Shown here: positions 26,003 to 32,000 of the stretch, one piece after another | How positions within the stretch are numbered: the first letter of the stretch is position 1 | How the letters are laid out: the number at the start of each line of letters is the position of its first letter | Assembly: GCF_000018105.1 (NCBI RefSeq) | Contig: NC_009925.1 | Coordinates: forward strand, 4,470,001 to 4,502,000 | Source of the DNA: Acaryochloris marina MBIC11017 | GTDB lineage: Bacteria; Cyanobacteriota; Cyanobacteriia; Thermosynechococcales; Thermosynechococcaceae | Direction of reading: 5' to 3' | Length of the DNA: 32,000 bases | Notes under the pieces: model-generated | Database searches by the model: none | Seen by the model: only the letters and a program-made list of their open reading frames with translations | Told to the model about the DNA's origin: nothing | Position numbers and translations under genes: made by a program

Positions 26003-27019
26003 ATGTCAGCCTCACAAAATACACCCGGGAGTAACAGTAGCTCCCATTGGCTTGATCTTGCTGAATCATTGGCGGTTATTGCCGCCATCAGTGGCTCGGT
26101 AGCCGCCATCGTCGTAGAACAAATCGCTGTTGCTTCGATCCCTTTGGCCCTATCTGCCACCCTAGGACTGGCCAATCGTCGACGTCAAATTGGCGCATTC
26201 CAAGATCAACAACGGATGGAAATGGCGCATTTGCTCCAACAGAACCAAGCGGATTTCCAAGCTCAGTTAGACCCAATTAAGCAGGCCAGTGAAGGGGTAC
26301 AGTCTCAAATTGAGCATCTCACCAAGCAGGATACTCAAACCGTACAAACGATTGCCACCCTCAATACTCAGACTGAAAAACTAGAATCAACTATTGCATC
26401 CCTGCAAAACAATCACAAGCAAGGGGAAGCAACAGTCATCTCCTTGGGTGAGCAAAGCCAAGCCACTCAAGCCCAGATGGAGGAGTTGGCAACTCAGGTG
26501 CAAACCATACAAGCTGCGATTGCAGAACTGCAATCTTCGGCTACAGACCTAGGAAGTCAGGTGGAAGATCAAAAGAGTAGTGCCCAATATCTCGCGGCTC
26601 AGACAGAAGGGGTTGAAGAACTGGTTGATATCCTGCGAGAGATTGATGCCCTCACCCAAACCATTTCAGCCCATCCCAACGTGGCCAAGCATTTCTTTGA
26701 TCGAGGGATGACCCGTAAGCGCCTGCAGCGACTTGAGGATCAGCGCGTAGCCATGGAAGATTTTTCCCAAGCTATCCGCTTAGAGCCCACCTTCGCCCAT
26801 GCCTACTATGAGCGTGGGTTACTGAAATCTGAATTTGGTCATAAACAGCATGCTGTCGATGATTTGCGCACCGCGGCTAAGTTCTATTTTGATCAAGGGG
26901 ACTTAACCCAGTACGAGAAGGCCCGAGAGTTGAGTCAAGAGATTCACGACCTAATTGCCGGGTCTCCCTCCCCAGAAGAGGAAACCGAACAGTTCTTGAT
27001 CGAGAACCTGTTCGGTTAA
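26003..27019 (+). CDS. Membrane-anchored coiled-coil protein with C-terminal TPR repeats
   Basis: The N-terminal hydrophobic hairpin is 'LAESLAVIAAISGSVAAIVVEQIAVASIPLALSATLGLA'. A ~150-aa Gln/Thr-rich heptad region follows ('QTVQTIATLNTQTEKLESTIASLQ...'). The C-terminus has TPR-like repeats ('AMEDFSQAIRLEPTFAHAYYERGLLKSEFGHKQHAVDDLRTAAKFY'). Confidence 0.65.
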   Translation: MSASQNTPGSNSSSHWLDLAESLAVIAAISGSVAAIVVEQIAVASIPLALSATLGLANRRRQIGAFQDQQRMEMAHLLQQNQADFQAQLDPIKQASEGVQSQIEHLTKQDTQTVQTIATLNTQTEKLESTIASLQNNHKQGEATVISLGEQSQATQAQMEELATQVQTIQAAIAELQSSATDLGSQVEDQKSSAQYLAAQTEGVEELVDILREIDALTQTISAHPNVAKHFFDRGMTRKRLQRLEDQRVAMEDFSQAIRLEPTFAHAYYERGLLKSEFGHKQHAVDDLRTAAKFYFDQGDLTQYEKARELSQEIHDLIAGSPSPEEETEQFLIENLFG

Positions 27020-27048
27020 AGCCAACGCTTTTATCTCTAAACATCCAT

Positions 27049-27080
27049 TGCCCGTAGCGCTGATTTTACTGCTGCGGGCA
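27049..27080 (+). terminator. Hairpin terminator candidate downstream of the seven-gene operon
   Basis: 10-bp stem TGCCCGTAGC / GCTGCGGGCA (one G-U pair) with a 12-nt loop, followed by GTGTGTTG. It lies 30 nt after the 26003..27019 stop, between convergent genes. Confidence 0.5.
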
Positions 27081-27099
27081 GTGTGTTGAGCAACCCTCA

Positions 27100-27603
27100 C
27101 TACTGAGTTGCTGCCTGAGCAAACTTAGCGAGCGCTTGCTCAATTTTGGTCAACACCGCGTCACAGCCCTCTAACTGGTGACGTTGTGCCAAATATTGAG
27201 GGTTGTTATAAAACAGCCAAACTTTGCCTGTTTTATCTTCCCGAATCAGCGCCTTTTGGGGTAAATCAATGGCTGCGGTGGGACTGCATTGCATCAGCGG
27301 TGTGCCCACCTTAGGATTACCAAACACCACCACTTCCGTGGGGGGCAGAGATTTGCCGACAGACTGAGCCCCAGCTGCATGATCAATCCGGGTAAAGACC
27401 GTCATACCTTTGCTCTTTAACACCGTAACCAGCCGATCTGCAGTGATGGGCACTGAATATTGGCTTTCCACATGAATTAACCCTTGCTCGTCCGCCATTT
27501 CAGCCGAATGCTCAGAGTCAGATTCTGCCATGGCTAGATGAGGAACCGCTCCCAACGATAAACAGCAGGTACAGCCCATCAGCAATAACAGTCTCGACAA
27601 CAT
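27100..27603 (-). CDS. Exported DUF302-domain protein
   Basis: Signal peptide MLSRLLLLMGCTCCLSLGAVPHLAMA. 'TVFTRIDHAAGAQSVGKSLPPTEVVVFGNPKVGTPLMQ...AAIDLPQKALI' matches the DUF302 pattern as I recall it. Confidence 0.65.
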   Translation of the reverse strand: MLSRLLLLMGCTCCLSLGAVPHLAMAESDSEHSAEMADEQGLIHVESQYSVPITADRLVTVLKSKGMTVFTRIDHAAGAQSVGKSLPPTEVVVFGNPKVGTPLMQCSPTAAIDLPQKALIREDKTGKVWLFYNNPQYLAQRHQLEGCDAVLTKIEQALAKFAQAATQ

Positions 27604-27664
27604 ATCCCTTCCTCAAAACAGCTTTCTTTTTCAAGCAGTCAATAACTAGTTGCTTTTATTCTTA

Positions 27665-28240
27665 TTAGCGTCCCATATTTCGCTTTAATTCTTCAAATTC
27701 GGCATCCCGTTCCCAGTTCTTAAATTGTTCTTCCAAGGGATCCGGATCACTCAGAGAGATCCGCTTATACCAACCTTTCGAGGGATCGGACGGTTGTTTT
27801 GATGAGGGATTGGGCTGAGGCTTCCGAGGGGTTTGCTTAATTTTTTCCTTTACCTCCTTTTGACGAATTTGAATTTTTTCTAGCAATGCCTGGGTTTGCT
27901 GGAGGCGTGTTTTGGTCACTTCCATTTGTCCCCACTGCTGGTTCCCTTGACTGAGCAATGAGGCTTCTCGTTCTTTGGCGGCAGTGGCTAAGTCCTGGCG
28001 TCCGGCTCGCTCCGCTTTCTTCACACGCTCATGCCAGCGCTGAATTTCATTGGCAGTGGCTAAAATAGCGTCTTGTTGGCGTTTTTCTTCCGCTTGTAGA
28101 TCAGTCAGTAACTTCATCGTTTTGACTTCTTGCTCGCGGATATTATCAGCAAGAACCTGTAACTCCAGGTGTGGATGGGCTCGGAGAAATTCTTCGAGCT
28201 GTTTTTCGAGAAAGCGGCTTACATCATCAAACACGTTCAT
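27665..28240 (-). CDS. Coiled-coil protein with PspA/IM30-like features
   Basis: The ATG at 28240 (MNVFDDVSRFLEKQ) is preferred over the listed TTG at 28246. 'NEIQRWHERVKKAERAGRQDLATAAKEREA' parallels Vipp1/PspA 'NEINKWQRNAQLALQKGDENLARQALERK'. The basic/Pro-rich tail ends in 'WERDAEFEELKRNMG'. Confidence 0.4.
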   Translation of the reverse strand: MNVFDDVSRFLEKQLEEFLRAHPHLELQVLADNIREQEVKTMKLLTDLQAEEKRQQDAILATANEIQRWHERVKKAERAGRQDLATAAKEREASLLSQGNQQWGQMEVTKTRLQQTQALLEKIQIRQKEVKEKIKQTPRKPQPNPSSKQPSDPSKGWYKRISLSDPDPLEEQFKNWERDAEFEELKRNMGR

Positions 28241-28360
28241 CGTCAAAGCCTCAGTAACATCTGGCTTGAGTCCACTGTTCTGAGTGTGTCATATTTTCTC
28301 AGCGGTGGTCAGCTCCCTTCAGCATTCCCTTTTGATGTCTTTCGTCCTGCAGCAACAGGG

Positions 28361-29500
28361 CTAAACCACGCTTACTAAGGACTGCTCCCGTAACTGCTCG
28401 ACAATGGACCAATACCAATCCATGTTACTCAACAGAGCATAGGTAATGAATTTGAGGTTATCGGGATGTTCGGTAAATTGAGGACTAAAATCAGTTCCTA
28501 AGAGTTTATGGGGGTTGCCCCAGGTATGGACGACATAGTTTTGAATCTCTTCTGGTACTTCAGATTCAACGATGATCGGCTGACAGTCCGAGGGCAACAA
28601 TGCCTCGATTTGACCAATCATGGTGCGAATGGCAGTGGGTTGCCCTTGGCCAATGTTGTAGACCAAGTCTGAGATGTTATTAATCTGAGGGCGAGGCTTA
28701 GGCAACGTTAATAAGTACAGTAAGGCGCGGGACACTTCCGCAGCAAAAATCGTATCGCGGGTCTGTTCTCCGGGGGAAAACTGACCTTGACGTCCCCAAA
28801 GTTCAAAGGGGGTCTGCTCTAAGCTATGCCACAAAATCTGCGTATATAGATTGCCAAACTTGCCCTTATGCTGCTCTGTTACGCCATAGATAGAGAAAAA
28901 TCGGCAGATTTGAACCGCTAAGTCGTTGCATAGGGCTTGCTGGATGGCCATATCTTCCATCATCAGCTTGGCGGCTTCATAGAGGGAGGCAGGCCACACG
29001 CGCTGATCCTCAAGGGACGGGCGTTTTTTGCACAGACTGCTAGTGGAGGCAAAAATCAAGCGGATATTTTCAGCAACACACCATTCCAGAACCGTTTTCC
29101 AGCTATCGACTTCATCTAAGACCTCTTCCAGGGTATGGAAGTGGGGCACACTAGAGCGCCCTCCCACAAAAATGACCATATCTGGCTGGGTGCCGGGATT
29201 AAGAGCATAGTCTTTGTGGCAGCGGGTATCCACTTGGTCTCTCAGAATAGCTGGTAAATTTTCCCGCCTACCCAGGCGTAAATCATCGTTGATGGTCAGG
29301 TGATCCAAGGGATAGCCAAATTCATAGAGCTTGGTCACCAGGTGGGAACCCACCTGACCGCAGCCTCCCATAACGCAAATGCGTTGAGACTGCAGCGCTT
29401 GAATCGCTAGTCGATGGGGATCATTAAGGGTTTTGTTGACATACCAATCTTGAATATCCTGAGCATTCAGATCAAAGCGGTCTAGGGGAAACGGTGACAT
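28361..29500 (-). CDS. NAD-dependent epimerase/dehydratase (extended SDR) family protein
   Basis: Rossmann motif 'VMGGCGQVGSHLV' and catalytic 'YEAAK' (YxxxK). It has a ~40-aa N-terminal extension before the Rossmann fold. Confidence 0.72.
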   Translation of the reverse strand: MSPFPLDRFDLNAQDIQDWYVNKTLNDPHRLAIQALQSQRICVMGGCGQVGSHLVTKLYEFGYPLDHLTINDDLRLGRRENLPAILRDQVDTRCHKDYALNPGTQPDMVIFVGGRSSVPHFHTLEEVLDEVDSWKTVLEWCVAENIRLIFASTSSLCKKRPSLEDQRVWPASLYEAAKLMMEDMAIQQALCNDLAVQICRFFSIYGVTEQHKGKFGNLYTQILWHSLEQTPFELWGRQGQFSPGEQTRDTIFAAEVSRALLYLLTLPKPRPQINNISDLVYNIGQGQPTAIRTMIGQIEALLPSDCQPIIVESEVPEEIQNYVVHTWGNPHKLLGTDFSPQFTEHPDNLKFITYALLSNMDWYWSIVEQLREQSLVSVV

Positions 29501-29663
29501 GGGAGAACAGGGGTTGCTCTTGGCACTATACAGAGAATTTTGGCTTTATGGCGTTTTGGGCTGTGTTCTGGAGTGTACCCTACGCAAGGTTGTCAATTCG
29601 CGTTTAATCTGATGAATTGCACAAAACGCTACGTTCCGTTATACATTCCCTGGAACAGTAATG

Positions 29664-30665
29664 CTAGGTGTCAAGATGAGCTGTAAATTCAGCTAGTTTC
29701 TGCTGCCAGAACTGGGTCGGTTTTCCTTCTGGAAAATATTGGCTGATATAGTCATAGCCATTTTGTGCCAGGGTATTTCTTAAGGTTTCATTTTCTAGCT
29801 GGAAAAGACACTGTACTACTTCTTCAGGGGTCTCTCCCGTCAGGGCTGTTTTGCCCTGTTCCATACAAAAATTAGCCCCTCGTGCCGTTTTGCCGACCAC
29901 AACTATTCCCGCTGCCATGGCCTCTTGAGGCGGTAAGGCGCATCCTTCAAAATTGGCCGAGGCCAGGAAGGCTTGAGGACGACGGAACTGCTGCCCTAGG
30001 GCCTGTAGGGAAATCCCATCAATCAATTCAAATCGCCAAAAACTTCCGCCTTTTTGCTGATAAAGGGTTTGGGTGTCTAGGATAAAGTCTTTTCCTTTGC
30101 GGGGAAAGGCAAACAACAATCCCTGTTCTCGCTGGGCTTGGGGGATAAAGGGAAACAGTTCTGTATCCACAATATTGGGGACGATTTCTGCCGGTTTACC
30201 TGGGTAGGTCTGGGCGCAAACCCCCTGCATCAAGTCTGAGTCGGTCCAGAGGAGAACGCGATCACTACGGTAGTCGAAATCGGTCTTGGTTTGGAGCGGG
30301 GATTGTTCATAGGCGATCGCAACCCCATCTACATCCTTAATCAACTGGGTGGCATAATCGGGCACCAGGCAAATATCCTCGGGCTGTCGATCTTGCCAGG
30401 CGATAAAGGGCAATGGGCGCTTCACCCCAAACACATCTCCATAATTATCTTGACCACTCATGGTCGCTAGCACAGCATCCGCACCACATTGGCGGGCCAC
30501 CCAACAATGACGCATGATATTCAGGGTGCCGCCATAGACTTCCGTTACATATAACCATCGCCGGAGAGACCAATTGGCTGACGTGGGTTTGCGGGACAGG
30601 GTCGTCTCTAGCTTTTCCCAGAACCACCCTTGCTTTAAATCTGGAATTAAAAAGACGATGCGCAT
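29664..30665 (-). CDS. Glycosyltransferase (GT-B fold, GT4-like)
   Basis: EX7E motif 'EGCALPPQEAMAAG' in the C-terminal half. ATG start, 38 nt downstream of the aminotransferase gene. Confidence 0.7.
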   Translation of the reverse strand: MRIVFLIPDLKQGWFWEKLETTLSRKPTSANWSLRRWLYVTEVYGGTLNIMRHCWVARQCGADAVLATMSGQDNYGDVFGVKRPLPFIAWQDRQPEDICLVPDYATQLIKDVDGVAIAYEQSPLQTKTDFDYRSDRVLLWTDSDLMQGVCAQTYPGKPAEIVPNIVDTELFPFIPQAQREQGLLFAFPRKGKDFILDTQTLYQQKGGSFWRFELIDGISLQALGQQFRRPQAFLASANFEGCALPPQEAMAAGIVVVGKTARGANFCMEQGKTALTGETPEEVVQCLFQLENETLRNTLAQNGYDYISQYFPEGKPTQFWQQKLAEFTAHLDT

Positions 30666-30703
30666 GACGGATAAAATGCCGTAAAAGAGCAGAATCAGGT
30701 CAG

Positions 30704-31879
30704 TTAGGCCGCGATTGCCGAGGTATCTAAACTTTGGTGGACTGCCGCCACAACATCCTCAACATCTAGGTCGTTCAATTTAGCGGACAAGGGAATGCTA
30801 ACGGTTTGTTGGCCAATGCGGGTGGCATGGGGATAGTCCTGAGGTTGCCAGCCAAACCGGTGTTGATAGTAGGGATGCTCTGGCAGGCTTAAATAGTGAA
30901 CGCCAGTACCAATATGTTGGCGATGCATGGCAACCAGGAACTGGTCACGACTAATCCCCGTTTGGCTTTCATCAATGAGGAGGGTATAGAGGTGATACCC
31001 ATGCACCGTGTTTGGGGCTGGGGGGGTGGGCAGGGTGAGGGGCAGATCGGCCAGCGCCTGATTGTACTGCTGCCAGATCTGCTGCCGTCTATTCCAATAG
31101 GGGGTGACCCGTTGGAGCTGGTGAATCCCGATGGCAGCCTGAATATCCATCATGTTGTACTTAAACCCTGCTTCTACCACTTGGTAATGGTTATAGCCAT
31201 CATCACTAAAGCGCTTCCACGCATCTTGGCTCATGCCGTGGAGAGCCAACACTTTAATCCGATCTGTATCTTCCTGGGTTTGGGTGAGAATCATGCCCCC
31301 CTCCCCCGTCGTAATGTTCTTGGTGACGTAGAAGCTAAAGCAGCCAAAGTTGCTAAAGGTTCCGGCTTTGCGTCCTTGATATTCTGTCTCAATGGCATGG
31401 GCGCAGTCTTCGATTAGCACCAAGCTATATTGCTCTGCTAAAGCACAAAGGGCATCCATCTCGCAGGGACGACCGGCAAAATGGACGGGAATAATGGCTT
31501 TGGTGCGATCGGTAATTTTGGCTTCGACCTGAGCTGGATCGATATTCATGGTCTCCGGATCGACATCCGCCAAGACTGGGACACCCCCTGCATGGATGAT
31601 GGCATTGGCCGTGGCACAGAAAGTTAACGGCGTAGTGATCACCTCATCGCCGGGATTGAGACCCGCTGCCAACAGGCTTAGGTGTAAAGCAGCAGTACAG
31701 GAATTGACTGCGATCGCATGTTGGCTACCTTTATAGGTGCAAAAATCCTGTTCAAACCGCATCACTTTCGGGCCAGTCCCCAACCAGCCCGTTCGCATGC
31801 TAGCCATGACTTCTTGCATTTCCGCTTCTTCAATAGCGGGAGAACCAAATACCAAAAATTGGTCTTTTGAACGGGGCAT
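30704..31879 (-). CDS. DegT/DnrJ/EryC1/StrS-family PLP-dependent sugar aminotransferase
   Basis: The N-terminus is 'FLVFGSPAIEEAEMQEVMASMRTGWLGTGPKVMRFEQDF'. The PLP-lysine context is 'FSFYVTKNITTGEGGMI'. The ATG at 31879 is preferred over the listed GTG at 31888. Confidence 0.9.
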   Translation of the reverse strand: MPRSKDQFLVFGSPAIEEAEMQEVMASMRTGWLGTGPKVMRFEQDFCTYKGSQHAIAVNSCTAALHLSLLAAGLNPGDEVITTPLTFCATANAIIHAGGVPVLADVDPETMNIDPAQVEAKITDRTKAIIPVHFAGRPCEMDALCALAEQYSLVLIEDCAHAIETEYQGRKAGTFSNFGCFSFYVTKNITTGEGGMILTQTQEDTDRIKVLALHGMSQDAWKRFSDDGYNHYQVVEAGFKYNMMDIQAAIGIHQLQRVTPYWNRRQQIWQQYNQALADLPLTLPTPPAPNTVHGYHLYTLLIDESQTGISRDQFLVAMHRQHIGTGVHYLSLPEHPYYQHRFGWQPQDYPHATRIGQQTVSIPLSAKLNDLDVEDVVAAVHQSLDTSAIAA

Positions 31880-32000
31880 GCATCTCACTCTCTTAGAGGA
31901 TTTAGGTTAGTCTCGCGGCAACGAAATCATCAAAGAATTGTGTTGAAGGATCAACAGTATTCTCCATACTGTAATATTCCCCATTGCAGTACAGCAGCCT

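Noticed and set aside
22684-27019. Absence of HIP1 sites inside the seven-gene operon as evidence of foreign origin
   Set aside because: At about one site per 3.5 kb in this window, zero sites in 4.3 kb is not statistically meaningful. The operon's G+C also looks similar to that of neighbouring core genes.

Overview
The window looks like a cyanobacterial chromosome segment. I found nine HIP1 octamers (GCGATCGC), a petC-petA cytochrome b6f operon, thyX, a CtpA-type protease and tatC. Most of it is ordinary housekeeping: alaS, msrB, an ABC exporter, petCA, tatC, thyX, ctpA, ilvA-lrgAB and a sugar-modification cluster at the 3' end. I saw no rRNA, tRNA, CRISPR array, transposase or integrase.

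The best candidate for an undescribed system is a tightly packed seven-gene plus-strand operon at 22684-27019. It encodes two V4R (4-vinyl-reductase-type ligand-binding) proteins and two phycobiliprotein-fold proteins. One of the latter keeps the Cys-x-Arg-Asp bilin-attachment motif. The operon also encodes a 2Fe-2S ferredoxin with a C-terminal extension, a small protein with a triple FFxxFNWxG repeat, and a membrane-anchored coiled-coil/TPR protein. It has no lyase, linker, kinase or DNA-binding gene, and a ~600 bp AT-rich leader precedes it.

Secondary curiosities:
- a secreted bacterial TIMP/NTR-like protein whose mature N-terminus is CSC
- a pentameric ligand-gated ion channel-like membrane protein
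- a ~28% G+C islet carrying an orphan membrane protein
- a Tat-signal MsrB
- ilvA translationally packed with lrgAB
- several strong hairpins and palindromes

All functional calls come from motif recognition by eye. No database search was run.
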